The translations under genes and the position numbers were made by a program. From Eukaryota sp. GEM-RC1 (Eukaryota), in assembly GCA_040285855.1 (NCBI GenBank), contig JAUFOQ010000010.1:1984001-2048000 (forward strand): a DNA stretch of 64,000 bases, in the 5' to 3' direction. The number at the start of each line of letters is the position of its first letter. Within the stretch, counting starts at the first letter, position 1. Under the pieces are notes generated by a model that worked only from the letters and a program-made list of their open reading frames with translations, did no database searches and was not told the DNA's origin. Below, one piece after another: positions 50,697-64,000 of the stretch.

Positions 50697-53600
50697 TTAA
50701 TTGTCGAGAATTTGACCAAAAATTTTAAAATTACAACTTAACGACGTCTTTGAAGCTCTGAGAGCACTTGTTATTGATCCAGATGATTTCTGTAAACTTG
50801 TTTGAAAATTATTTAAAAATTCAACGGAATTCAAAGAACTCATGGGGAAAACAATCGAAATTCGAGGTGCCAACACATCAAAATATTTTAAATATTTCGG
50901 AATCAAAGGAGAAGTCAGCAATATAACTGCTCGAGAACCAATAGAATTTGAAAAACTTTCCAGAACGTGTTCTAATAGAGAAATGTCTTCCAAAACACAG
51001 TAAATTAAATTTTCAATATTTTTACTAATAAAAGATGGAATTGTAAAAGGAGAGGGTCTTTGTTTAGCTAAATCAATCACCAAGGAAGACTTTGTTTTTA
51101 AAGTTTTGGAAATATTTAATAATTGAGTGGTTAACTCTGAGTCTTTCAGAATACCTAAAGTGGAAACCGGAGAATTTGAATTATTTAAATTTTGATCAAA
51201 TTTCCCTGATGAGTTGAACATTAGTAAATTCTCCAAAAACATGTGTTCTAATGGTAATAATGATGAAACCAATAAATTTCCAAGAACAGAAATTGACCCT
51301 GGTATTTTAGAACCAATCAAATCAGTAAGTGTGATTAATTGACTGGAAAACGAATCTAAAATTTCTTGAGAATAATTAAAATTTCTGAATTTAACCAAAA
51401 GAATTGGAGAAATAAAAAAGCTGCAATGAATTAATTCACCAGACAAGTCTTGACCTGGTTCAGCTTTTTTAACATTCTTGGTGGGTTTTTGACTTTTTGA
51501 CGGAGTCTTTGACCTTGATTGAGAAGGTATGTACAACAAAAAATTAAAAAAAGAGAAATAATTGTCATAATTGATGTATGCAACTGGTCCTAAAACAGAG
51601 CTCAACATGTCAACTGTAACTCCAAAAGATTTCATTATTGCATCACCACTGTCGATCGGGATTGAAGAAGGTGGAGATACAATCTGAACATCTGAATTAT
51701 TGAAATTTTGCAAAAACAATAAATAATCTGTGTCAGACGTCGAATCTTTTGAACTGTAAGAAATAAATGGCAAATCTGATTCAATCATTGGGTGCTGGGA
51801 AAGATTTGAAAATAATTTACAAAAATTCTGAATTTTTGGATTTTTGGAAAGAAACAATGACTCATAGAGACTTTCCGATTTAGGGAGAGGTAACTTGTCA
51901 GAAACTAGGAAATTGACGACATCAAAAGGTAGATCTTCAGAAATATTTTTGATAGAAGTTTTAAAAAGTGCAAGTCTCTCAAATTCTGCTTTGAAAAAAT
52001 ATAAAATTTTGAAATAAGATTTGGTTTCAGTGGAATTTGAAATGAGTTTGGAAACGTGTTCGTCTATTACAACAGATAAATCTTCTGAAACTAACTGATA
52101 GAAACGGCAAGTACAATCGGAAAGATTGACCATGATCTCAGATATTTTAAATATTTCATTTCGTAGAATTACAGTGTCTGGAACAGAATACTTTTTCAAA
52201 AAGAGTGGAAAATGATCAAGAACCGTGGAAAATAATTCCAAGATAATTCTCACAGTTAGATAATCTAATTTGGCATTAGAGAGACCAATTAATTGTTTAA
52301 AATCTTCTAGAAATTTCAATATTGTCGGTATAGAAGTGGTACAAAAGGATCTTTCAAAACTGAGAGGTTTTCTGCGAGTACTAGGTAAGAACTGGTTAAT
52401 GATGCATTACAAAGCGGAAGCCAAATATAATTGAAATTGAATTTGTCGAAATTTTGCAATATTTTGAGAAGTGGCTCGGAAGTTTTGATAATAGTAGTTA
52501 AATGGAAAAGATTGGCTTTGCTAGCGCAACCCAATCAGTAACAAATTTGACGAAATATTTAAAACATGAGAATGTTTCAACCAAGATATTGACCTAACCA
52601 AAACCAACTCATGAGTGTTCAAATGATCATATAAATTGAATTTCTTTGAATCATTTAAATCCACAGATTGGTGAACAAATTCGAATAAGTCGAAGTCTCT
52701 TTGAATTTTACTTAAATAATTAAAAAGAGTTTGTTCCAGTTCACTGCTCTCTAACTTATAATAGTTTTTGAGTAAAATTTCCAAAGAGAACAAGGAAATT
52801 TGATAATTCTTGAAATCAAAGTGGCGGTTTAGTAATTGTAATATTTTGAAAAAGGAATAACCAAAGGCACCAGAGAAAAGGACAAACATATTTCAATAAT
52901 AAGTTCCAATGAATAAATAAGACGAAAAACGTCATCAATAGAGTGAATTTCATCTTCAGAGAATTTTAAAAATTCAAAGGATATCAAATCTGCACCAGAA
53001 ATATTTGAAACACTTGTCTCTGAATCAATCTTTGATTGAAGAACTGAAAAACTCAAAGCATAAGCCATTTTAAGAACGTGGAAGACTTGTTCAAAGGACT
53101 GGTTAAAACTTTGAAAAGTTGTGGCTAGAAAAGTGGTGAGTATGCGGATGATTACGTCATAGTCGTTCAAAGTCAAAGAACTAGAAAAACTAACAGAGTG
53201 AATTAATAAATTGAGGGCATTCTGTGCATTTTCAAGATCAGAAATTTTGAAATATTGATCTGTGAGTGCCAACCCTAATTCTAAATGTTCTATAGTTCCA
53301 CTAGTTGAAGATTTAAATTTGTCCGCAAGCAGATTCAATTTACCATGATCGTCCAGGGAAATATTTAAAAATTTAGCTTTGTAATCATCAACAAACACTT
53401 TTAATTCAACCGGCAATTTAGTAGTTGTTTCCGATATGGAATTTGAAAGTTCTGACATTGAATCGGTGGAAGCCATGTGATCAAATAAGTAAAAAAATGG
53501 TGTTAAAAGAATATCAAGCTTGAATGGTTTTGAAATTTTGGGGAATTTAAGGAAAAATTTGGGAGGAAGTCGTTTGAAAAAACCAATAAAATATTTGAAA

Positions 53601-56600
53601 GTTCAATACACAGTGGCATGAATGAAGTCTTTGGTAGAACAGCAGAATTTCCAACAAAAAATTGAGAAACTTTTGAAAAGATCTGGAAAACTTGAAAACT
53701 GTGGGTTACCAAGAGTTCAACATCTTCCATTTCAGTGATTAAACTCAGAATAGAAATGATAAAATTTAGAATTTTGCAACAATTTTGAAGTCGAATCAGT
53801 AATACGTCATCAAGACCACCAACGAAATCCACCAGAGAATTACTACTTGAATCAGTATGAGTTTTCGTGGAAAAACCTTCAGCACACAGAAACAAATACT
53901 TTAAAAAAGTGGACAATACTTCAGAAAATCGTATCAAATATGGATTAAAACTATCAGCAAATTTAATCCTTGAATCAATTGGTAGATTAAAAGACACTAT
54001 ACTAGTTTCTGGAGAAACTGACTTAAAAAGAGTTATTAAATCAGCATTTTGAGAGGCAAAGCATAAAACTTGTGAAAAGAGGAAGAACAAGTATTGACCA
54101 AAACCTACTCTAGTGGAATTATTTAAAACATTAGAAAATTTTGGAAGGAGCACGTGTGTGCAGAAGGGATTAATTGAATTTGATTGATACGACGTCTCCA
54201 AACACATCAATACGGATGATTTAAGAAAGTTTCTTGAAGATTCGGCACGACTTTGGGTCAAAAACCTCCATATTCCAACATCAAGTTCAATTGATTGACA
54301 TAATGACGATATAAAGAGCTCATCGCTAATCAGGTTAGAATTAGCTTCAGACTGACAGGACAGGACTTCAGCAAACAGCGACATGTAGATGAAATTTTGA
54401 AATATTTGATCAAATATTGACAAGAAAGCCAATGGTGAATTCTTTTGAGTGAAAATAGACACAATAGACGAAAAGTTTGGAGCTGGAACAGATAATACAA
54501 AAGATGCAATTAAAATCCGGCAGCAATTATTTAAAAAGTGGTTAAGAGTAACAGGCTGGGTAGAAAAAAACGACAGTGAAAATTTAAAAATTTCAAGAAA
54601 CTGTTTAAGATCGGGTTTCTTCTTAACTGACAAACATTCTTTACGTAATTCTGTATTGGAAACATCTGTATCTTGCAGATCATACGTAACTTTTTCAAAT
54701 AGAATGAAATATTTCGAACAGAGAATATGTACAGTCGAAAAATCAAGAAATTTTGAATTTTGAACTGATAAAACCGTCATTAACAGCTTTTCCACATCGG
54801 CTAAAGACAATTTCTCTAAAACCGAAGATATCATTTTTAAAAACACTGCAAAATGTGAAATAAAATCATCTAAAGAACAACTACTGTAGACTGAAATTAC
54901 TTGGTGAATTAAAGGTTCCCAAGAAGTGTAAGATTCTACGGAAAGTGAATACTTAAAAAGAAAATTTAAAAATTCAAGGAATAATTGATCAGTGATTCGT
55001 GATTCACTCAAACTGAATCCGTTAGAATCACTAGTATCATTTGAATTATTTAAATAATTTGAAATATTAGCACTCAGAGCTGAGTAACAGTCGTTTACAC
55101 ATGGCCAAAGTAATGCCAAAGATTTTAAAAGTTCGGGAAAAAATTTGAAGTTTAGTTCTTCCTGATTCTGTAACAGAAATTCACCAATAAACAGCAGTTT
55201 CTTTTACTAAATAAACTAAAACATTTTCAGAATAATGTGTTTCCTTTGAAATTTCAATATTATCCAAAACATAATTAAAATTTAAAATACTCAGATAATT
55301 AACAGGATGAGACTTCAGATTAACAACATTACCACTAGAAAACTCTTTCAATTTCAAAGAAAATGAACGGATTTCTTGGAATAAATCAGAGTTTAACAAA
55401 TCTTCTGATATAGATAATGGTGGTAAACCAATTCCATCTTCTTGTTTTGAAACAAAGTGATCAATGACGACTAATTTTGACCCAAGGTCAGAAATCCCTT
55501 GACTTTGGAAGAATAAACGTGACCATTGAAGCAGGGTAGCAGAGCTGTGTTGAGAGCTCCATTCCTGTAAAAACACGCCAAAAACACGACAAAACACCGC
55601 TTTAAAGTGGGAAAAACCCATGACAAAAGGTAAAAGATCGTACATTGTGGTGAAAAGATCAATCAAAAGTGAGTGATTTTTGAAGTGACTCGTGATATGA
55701 GGTGATGAACAAAAGATGTTAACAAAAGCTAATAGTAAACAAGTAGATAATTCAGAATTCTTGCTTTGATTGACTGTAATAGTTGAGTCGAGAAAATATT
55801 TGGAAAATTTTAAAATATTGTCGGGCTTAGAAAATAAAGTCAAAAAATCAATAGATATTTGGGACAAACAACGAGAATTAAACGATTTGGAAATTTTCAA
55901 AATGAGATGGCCAAAAAATATAATGAACAACAAACGCTTATTGGAATGAAATTTCTGTAAAAAAGACAAGTGGAACAAGAACTTTGACAAATAGAAGCAT
56001 TGCTCGGGATCTAAAATATTTAATTTTTCTGAATTTAAATGTTCCGATAACAGTAAGAAAGATTCTTCAAATAGGTGAAGTTTTAAACTGTGAGAGGAAT
56101 TCAACAAACTGTTAACTGTCTGATTCTTTAAAAATTCATTCCAAACTTCAAATACGGTGATGTTCAAATTTTTCAAAAAAGAATCAAGTCCGTCATCAGT
56201 TTCAAATATTTTAAATTGTTGTGCTGAGTCGCTACTTGATTTAACTGGAGGTGATTTTGGCTTTTTACTTTGACCCTTTGATCCACCCTTCTTATTTAAA
56301 TAAAAATCGAAAATTTTAAAAAATTCCGTATTTAATCCGTCATATGCTTTCAATTTCTGCATTAAAGAGATTATTTCAGAATCCAATGAGTCAGAGCTAA
56401 CACAACAATAAAACACAATCTGAGAGAACACGTTTACATTTTCACCTACATCAGCCACGATTAACCCACAATCCTTGAGCTCTTCTGACTGTGATGACGT
56501 CATCCACGAAGAAATGACACGACACAAATTGTTCAAGCAAGTGGATAAGACTGGGAATAGCGGCTCCTCCAAAAAGTTTTGAACAATTTCTATAAGACAC

Positions 56601-56893
56601 TGACATGTAGAGACGAGAAGTGTAGCACGGAAGAGAGGAAATTCTTGAAGAATGGTAACTGAAGAAGTGATGTGATCAATGCAGAGAGTTAGAGTTGCTT
56701 GAAGGTCGACATGAGGATTGTAAACAGTTGTAAGATGTTTGTAGAGGCAAGAAGCATAACAACAATGAGCACGGATGGTGAATTGGGATGGAGGAGGTGC
56801 TTCAAGGAAGAAGCAATCAAGGAGGAGCAGAGATTGGTCATAGTCACTGTCAAGAAGAGCTTGTTCAGCTTGATGGACCAGCGATGAGGACAT
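50697..56893 (-). CDS. Large hypothetical protein (about 2,000 aa) split into 6 ORFs by frameshifts
   Basis: Contiguous same-strand ORFs with uniform composition; the junction checked near 55200 is bridged by a single base. Confidence 0.65.
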
Positions 56894-57186
56894 GAATCTT
56901 TGATGTGTAACTTAAATGGACGATGTTTAACCATTCAATTGTATTCCCATCGTCAAACTCACTTTAGATATTAGACCTAATATGTCTTAGGTGTCAGCCA
57001 TTGTTTGTGTGTCTAAGGTAGCTGGTTTGTTTGATGATACGGATGTTGACAAATCGTTTGGAAATCACTGTGGGGATGAGATATTTCCTGGTCTCGATGG
57101 ATCTTTGATTATTGCTGATGTTATATCTATCGATGTTTGTAATGATTCCAACAAAAATCTTGCTAAATCTAACACTAAAAATGCTA

Positions 57187-58028
57187 CAGTCTACCCTGGA
57201 TATAGTGTGCTCATTTTGGTACGCACTATAACCAAAAGCGCACTATATAGAGTAAAATGCTTGTGCACGATGATCATGGCATCTATGGTCTTTATTGTCT
57301 AAAAACTAGGTTCTCAGTACGTTTGTCTAGAAGATGAGCAAGGTCACGGTTCCGGAACAGCTGAAGACCGGGAGTAGTGTTCGTGTAATTTTATGAGGGT
57401 GGTTTGCCGTGAAAGTGTGTACATCCGGATTCCTAATCAATTGACTTAGCAACACTGAGTTCTCTGCCGATTCAACATGATGAAGATAAGAGTGAAGTTG
57501 TGAAAAGGTCAGACGGTTCCCAAAAACCTCACAAGCGCAGTTTTCAAGTAACTTACGACAGGAAGTGGTGCGTACAAAGTACTGAAGCACCTCAAACCAA
57601 AAGCCCACCATTCTCTGAGGAAGTGGTGATTCTCAGAATTCTTCTCAATATCAGCAAAATGGACACCCAATGCATTGTTAATGACATCTGTTCCTTCTAT
57701 ATCAATAGAGAGAGGAGATGTCAAAGAGAAAACTGAGATGCTCTCATTGAAGAATAGAAGTTGTCTCATATAAAGAGTAACGTCCACAAAGATCACAGAA
57801 GCAACTATTGATGTAGTCTCATATTGAGAAAGGATAACGCGATGAAGTTTATTGATGGAAGAAGACTATAACAAAAGTGATGGAATGCACCAAAAGAGAA
57901 CATGGCACGACAGAAGGAGATATGATATACCAACAGAGTTGGAGGAGACAAAATGTCTGGCAGTGAAAAGTGCGCACTATATCCAGGGCGCACTATATAG
58001 AGTAGCGCATTACATCCAGGGTAGACTG
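57187..58028 (+). mobile_element. pogo/Tc1-mariner non-autonomous element
   Basis: TA|CAGTCTACCCTGGAT ... ATCCAGGGTAGACTG|TA (15 bp perfect, 25 bp with 3 mismatches), subterminal GCGCACTATA repeats, and a decayed internal coding remnant. Confidence 0.88.
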
Positions 58029-58588
58029 TATGTTGATTTGTGAAAAATATAAAATGCAAAGACATTCTACTAGTAGTTGTGCTAAATTGAAATTATTGAA
58101 CTCGGTTCCACACTCGAATTACTTGTTGTAACCTTTTGTATTTTCATTGTACGGTTCTTTTGGTGAATCTGCACATTATTACTTGGAATCTTTGTGAAGA
58201 TTGTAAAAGAAAAACATCTACTATTAGGACTTTGGATCTTAGATTTTGGAAAAATCGAATTGTGTTTGCTATCTTTAAAGGTATGGTAACTTCCGTATCT
58301 AGCGCTCTATTATCTCTTGGCAGACATTATGAGGATAAAGTAGATGGGAATTTCCAGATAGGCAATTTGGACTTTGAGGTCATTGATTATTAGATGTATG
58401 TACACTGCAGTGTTGTTGTCAATAAATATTATTATCTTTAAAAAATGGTAGGGGATGGTCTGTTTATCATAATAGAGTGGTCCAATTCACAGAGGAATCA
58501 TCTTTCACTACCGTACATTTATTAGTATAAGTTGGATACAAATTGCGATATATATTCATTAAGCACTTGTCATATTCACAACAAAGGG

Positions 58589-58912
58589 TTATAGCTGCAG
58601 AACTTGAATCGCCATAACTAATAGAGCTATCATCAGTTCTTGCTTCTCAATTTCTCCTTCTAGTCCAATAGACTCAGAACTCAATTCTTGGGCTTTCACT
58701 TTAACACTCTGAGAACTGTCTGTAAGCTGAGAAAATCGAGAATTGGTCGGTGTTTGAGTCTGAGTTGGTAGGTAAATCTGTTGAATTCCTTGTTCAAGAA
58801 CATTGATGGCGTTCCAACAGCCCTGTAACGTAAGATCTAAGTTTTTTAAGAGAGTAGTATCCATGTCAGGAAGATTTCGTTCACGTGGTAAGGAGGAGTT
58901 GTATTGACTCAT
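58589..58912 (-). CDS. Small hypothetical protein
   Basis: 107-aa ATG-initiated ORF, head-to-head with the next gene. Confidence 0.4.
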   Translation of the reverse strand: MSQYNSSLPRERNLPDMDTTLLKNLDLTLQGCWNAINVLEQGIQQIYLPTQTQTPTNSRFSQLTDSSQSVKVKAQELSSESIGLEGEIEKQELMIALLVMAIQVLQL

Positions 58913-59108
58913 GAGGAGATGAAACAGACTGTATTGTTAGCAGGCAAAAATTTCCCACTTCACAATCTACTACTGTCCATGTAGCACTTAACATCAATTC
59001 TACCTCAACTGCAGTTGTTACATGTATAGAACCTGATTTCCTCTGAGTCAAAGATATCCGCCAAATGATAACCTAGTACTTTGGTTGTTTCTGACCATTC
59101 CTCTCGTT

Positions 59109-60961
59109 ATGGACTTCACTGATGAAGAAATCGATGCGTGTCTTGTTCTTCTCTCAGCCATCCTCAAGCAAGAAATGACTCGTCCTTCTTTTGATCCTTC
59201 TTACCTCATCTCCGTACTCCATGCCCTCGTCCCAAATCATTTCTCAACTTCCCTCAATGTCTCACAACTACCCAATGCTATAGAACTCTACTACGAGGTT
59301 CTCGGCAAACAACTCACCCTCCCTTCTACTTCTCACTTCGACCTCTGTCCCTTCGTCATTGCTGTTGCGGTTCAATCACCAGTCAAGGAAGACGTCATTG
59401 AGGTAATCATGGAACAATCAGCTCAAGTTCAAACCAATCTAATGACTGTCATTCAAAAACTGAATCTTTCACAATGTCTCTCCTCTCTCCCTCTTCATTT
59501 GCTTCTGATAATCCCCCTACCACTCCCCGTCCTTTCTTTGATCACATCAGGTCCTCACCATCCTTGTCAATATGCTCTGAGAGTGAGAAGTGTATTGAGA
59601 TGTATTCTCCGATGAATTCAGCTGACACACGTGTTGCTTCGTCACCGCCACGTGGTAGTGGGGATTTAAGGGATTGGAAAGGGGCTTTGGCGAAGGTTGA
59701 GCGGGATTTAAAGAGAGAAAGGGATCGGAATTCTGATTTGATTGGAAAGGTTTATACGCTGGAAAATGAATTACAAGATAAAATTTCAATAATGGCACGG
59801 AAATCTAAAATAATTGATCAATTGGAGTCGTCGTTGACCTCGAAAAACAATCAAATCCAATCCATTCAAAGTGAGCTTAATTCTCTTCGTAATGAGTTTG
59901 ATTGTCAATCAAAGGAATTTGCATCTTGCCAAAATGATATTTCCATCCTCAGCACACGATTGGAGGATAAGGACAAAAAGATTTCTTCACTAGAACATGA
60001 TCTCAAACAGGCAGGTGTTGTTATAGAAGAGCTCAAGGCCCCGATTGATTGCCGCGGTTTAGGAAAGAGTCCAGAATCCTTTGGTCCGGAGACTCAATCA
60101 CATCACGTTACCACCACCACTTCTCCCATTGTTTCTAACAGAGCAGTTACGTCAATTGAGCTTGCAACTGACAGTCCAATCGATCAAAATGATGACCAAT
60201 CATTGATATTGGCACTTCGTAAACTTGAGCTTTACATTGTTCGAAGATTTATTTTATTTAAATATTTGGAGAAAAACAAGGCAAACGAAGCTCTATTCGA
60301 GTTTATTCCCGTACTAATTCGACTGTTAAAACCAACTTCTGGTAGTAAATCTGTAGTAAAATCAGCAGCTTCAGCAGTGGTTAACCTTTGTTTGGATAAC
60401 GTCCTATTAAGAGAGGCGGCAGTTAATGCTGGCGTGATACCTGCCCTAATCGAAAGTCTTGAGGGTCTAAAACCAAACGTCAACTTGTCCGTGATTGAAA
60501 GTCTTTTGTGGTCGTTGTGGTCGGTGATTCCATCTGCTTCCAATCAAATAATTGAATACTCTATAGTTAATCGAATTTTAACTGTTTTAAAATCAACCTT
60601 TCCCTGCACACCTTCCTTAATCAGAGCTGCTTGTAGAGCTCTTTCTGGAAGCTTGGCGGTCAATTCAGAACAGTATTGGGATGAAATATCTCCTGAAGTG
60701 GTGGTATCGTTATTCACAAGACTACTACGACATTATATTTCAAATCCAATGGTTATTTCAATTATTTGTGGATTGTTGTTTGATTTAATTAAGGCTAAAC
60801 CTCTGTCTTTACGACATTACTTTAGCGAAGAAGGTGTAGAAAGTTTGCTAATTCAAGTGAAGAACTCATATCTATGTGAGATTAATGAAGGAGGCTGTAG
60901 ATCTGTTTTGGAATTAAATAGAGCCATTGCAAGAATAGAAAAGTTGGTGAAAGTCATGTGA
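59109..60961 (+). CDS. Hook-like N-terminal domain, coiled coil and ARM-repeat protein (frameshift about 59470)
   Basis: AVAVQSPVKEDVIEVIM...VQTNLMTVIQKL resembles the HOOK domain. A heptad-rich middle is followed by ARM-like IPVLIRLL..AASAVVNLC...AGVIPALIE. Confidence 0.6.
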
Positions 60962-62288
60962 AGAGTTTGGTCTAATAGAAAGTTTAATTATTTAAGTTTG
61001 ATAAATAGTGGTTTGTGTTTACTGGTTTTCACTGTCTAAATTGAAAGTATAATATGTTTAGAAACGTTCCTAAGCTCAATACAATTTTGTACTGTTTGAC
61101 TCTGCCATTATCACCATGTGTTGGATTAGTCATGCTGGGAGGGTCGACTGTACTTGATCAATTTGCTAATTCTTTTTTTGTTTCTGTGAAACGGCTTCTC
61201 AGTTTTTGATTATGTTTTGGGCCTATCTGTTACACTCAGAATAAGAGTTGCAAAGTTATTTGGCAAAACCGTTTTATTGTTTCTCTGTTTCAGTCCATGT
61301 CCAGATTTATGAAGTCAACTTTTACTAAGTTCAATAGGTACAGTTCTATCACAACTCACGATTAACTAGAACCAATATTCAATTTATAAAGGATTGATTA
61401 TATTACATCATTGATGATGAATACCATAACCAATCACATGAACTTTTATTCATTAACTGAGATCCGTCACGTTTGAAAGTGAGCAACTTTTTTCGGTACC
61501 CAAAAGGGTGTACTTCTTTCAAAAATTTGAATTTGTAACACAAACAAATAGTAAGAAGACTCAAACATAACAATGTTAGCCCTATCTGGTAAGAAATTCG
61601 TTTTTCGACAAAAAACTTTACATGAAAGATTTGTTCAACTGTGATGGCTTATTATGGGGGGCTCGTATAAATGGTGGAGTCACCACTTTCGAATGTATAG
61701 CTGTTGTGGTTATCATATTGTAGTAAAACTCTCATCAGTACACTCTAATGTTTAATAGAGATTGACTTTAGTAGCACAAAACTCAGTGCAGTGATCGGTA
61801 ATTTGATGTATTCTACCAAAGAACCAACAAACCTCTAAATCAAGAGATTTTACAGTAAACGTTGCAATTAGTAAGGATTATTTATTATTCTGATCCAGGC
61901 TCATTGACCCAACTACTTCAGATTTCCTTACAATGATTTCGACTCCCACACTTTTGAGTTGAATGATCAATCAAAGAATATGCTACATAGAAGACCCAGC
62001 TCGTATTTACTGAATCAAAATAGAAGACATAATTTTAATAGAAAAGAACGCTATCGTATTTAATCCTTCCCACTTAAGGAAGTTTCGGCAACGTTAAGAC
62101 CTCAATGTTTCTATGTTAGGCTTCATGAAAAGATGTTTTCAGGGGTTTTGCTTGAATTTAGCAAAAGACTCTATTTATTAAAAAGGATTGAGTACTAGTC
62201 AAAATACTGTAAATAGTTGGAACAATCTTGCGTAATAACATGCGAATTTTCAGAAGGAAAAGTGTACAAATATTTTACATTTTAAATA

Positions 62289-62897
62289 ATTTACTTTCTA
62301 CTCTTTTTCTTTCGACCTCCAGATTTAGTTTTTTCACTGCCAATGAAGTTGTTCCAAAATCAGTAACTTCTGATGACGCGATCTTTCCAAGTATAAACTC
62401 TTTATACTTGGTCTGAATCTCTTACCTTCACCTGGAACACATTGAAAGATGAGACTCCACTTCCCTTTATACTTTTCATAAAACTCTAGAACTTGTTCCT
62501 GTTCAAATTGAGTTAATCCAGAAGAAGATTCCTCTCTTACATCAGTTTCGGCTTGCAAAAACGAATCAATGTCTTTTTCATCAAATCTGCTTGCGTTGAA
62601 GATTTGCATGACAGCTTCGAATTTCTGATCTTGAGATAGATTATCCCAATCTCCTAGGTCAACATCTTGCTTGGTTTGATCATAAAAGGCACGTGAATCT
62701 GGGTCTTTAAGACAAGTGAAGACTTTGCCGAGGTCTTGAAATTCTGTAGTGGCATCAGGATTGTCAGGGTTTTTATCTGGATGACATTCAACTGCCAGTT
62801 TAAGATAAGCTCTACGGATTTCCTTGGCAGATGCAGACTGATCAACACCCAAGACTTCATAGTAGGATTTGCCTTTAAATCGTGTAGATTCGATCAT
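62289..62897 (-). CDS. DnaJ/Hsp40 protein (DNAJC9-like)
   Basis: J-domain YYEVLGV...EIRRAYLKLA..HPDKNP. Likely start MIEST at 62897; C-terminus frameshifted. Confidence 0.85.
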
Positions 62898-62970
62898 AAG
62901 GAAAAGGAAAGATTTTTGACTGCAGAACCACCTGACAAGAAGTGAAAGAGAAGAATCCTCAAAATCCTCA

Positions 62971-63956
62971 ATGGACTCACCAAAAGGCAATTGGTCAACA
63001 AAAGGCGTTTTTTCTCCAGTACCTGATGGAATCTCAGCTAGAGCTGCACTCTCACTTGAAATTCCACAGCCTTTAGATCCTCCAGAAACCACTTCCAGAT
63101 CTTCGTCACGTCCTGAAAGACCTTGCGTAATCACTGATTACAGTAGTCCAGTACCCCTTAGACGTCGTCTATCTACTCCCAAATCAAAACGCAGTTCTCT
63201 ACTTGATAAACATACTCATCAACGAACACCTTCATCCTCATTTCAACGGCAATCCATTGCTACCAACACTTCTATCTTTTCTCTAGAACAACTTCTTGAG
63301 TCTTGCTCTCTTAACCTCAAACCCCCTCCCTCCATTCATTAGACTTCTCCAGAGCCACGAGCTCCTCAATGCAGTCCTGTTTGTCTAGTCTTGAATCACA
63401 CTTGTCAGAAATACATGAAGAACTTTTGGAAAGGGCATCTGATTTTGATCGTCTTTCAAACGCAGGGAAATTGTTTTATGACTATATCACGTTGAAAAGT
63501 GCCGCTGATTCATCAGAGGGATGTGATAGTTGTAGACCTGTTCAGAATGTGGTAGATTATTTGAAAATATTCGAAAATTTAAAACCATGGCTTCCAAAGT
63601 TTGCAATTCCATCTACTTCCAAACCTGTTGTTACTAGAACTCTAATAGAAGGAGAACAAATAAGTCAAGAGAAGTCATCTGATGTAGAGCTCAGAGTCAT
63701 TCCAAATCTTTGTCCGTGTGATTCAATTATTCTAAATTTGTTTAAAGAAATGCAATCGTGGTTTGCACTATTTTTAATTTTTTCATTGACCAATGCTGAT
63801 GTATATGTTCGAGATTTGTCACGAATTTTTAAAAATTCTCACCTACAATCAAATCATTTCGTTGCTTTACAGAAGTGGATTAAGTTTTCTGAGAATTTTG
63901 GTTTTGAGAATCTTTCGTTGAACAAAATTCGTGATTTAATTTCAAATTTTTATTGA
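62971..63956 (+). CDS. Hypothetical protein (two ORFs, probably one gene)
   Basis: ORFs 62971-63342 and 63369-63956 are adjacent on the same strand. Confidence 0.5.
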
Positions 63957-64000
63957 TTGATTCATGTTTGATATTCTTTTTGGGACTTCTGTTGAAATCC

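Noticed and set aside
46900..55200. Genome-wide programmed ribosomal frameshifting (Euplotes-like) explaining the split genes
   Set aside because: The junctions examined (46908, about 48395, about 48800, about 55200) are single-base deficits in homopolymer runs, mostly not adjacent to the stop, with no shared slippery motif. Homopolymer lengths also vary among array copies. Long-read error is more likely; short-read polishing would settle it.
62898..63134. N-terminal extension of the DnaJ ORF
   Set aside because: It overlaps the opposite-strand gene starting at 62971. The Met at 62897 just before the J-domain is the more plausible start.

Overview
Eukaryotic, AT-rich, gene-dense protist DNA with very short intergenic spacers and rare tiny (about 29-57 nt) GT-AG introns. 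Many genes are broken by single-base deficits at homopolymer runs, probably long-read assembly error. The flanks (1-10 kb, 39.6-64 kb) hold ordinary host genes: LRR protein, EXS/XPR1-like, WRN-type exonuclease, NAF1, ORC2-like, UPF3, B-box/TLDc, PH-domain, Hook-like and DnaJ. 10.2-22.3 kb is a tandem array of about 1.42-kb units carrying 9 copies of an intron-containing SRF-type MADS-box gene. 23-39 kb is a nest of DNA transposons (hAT derivatives, two MULEs). The main candidate system is on the minus strand at about 30.1-39.1 kb: a Fanzor1 (eukaryotic TnpB-like RNA-guided nuclease) that appears to be the C-terminal part of a roughly 1,950-aa polyprotein. The order is 2A StopGo peptide (DVESNPGP), two Ulp1/C48 protease domains, a PolB-type exonuclease-like domain, Fanzor1 with intact RuvC D-E-D, and two CCHC knuckles. 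It is split by an antisense MULE whose removal restores the Fanzor frame, and is preceded by 81-bp and 14-bp tandem repeats. It is followed by a structured omegaRNA-like region whose last 25 nt recur about 600 bp away, on the far side of a hAT fragment whose TIR sits in the expected guide position.
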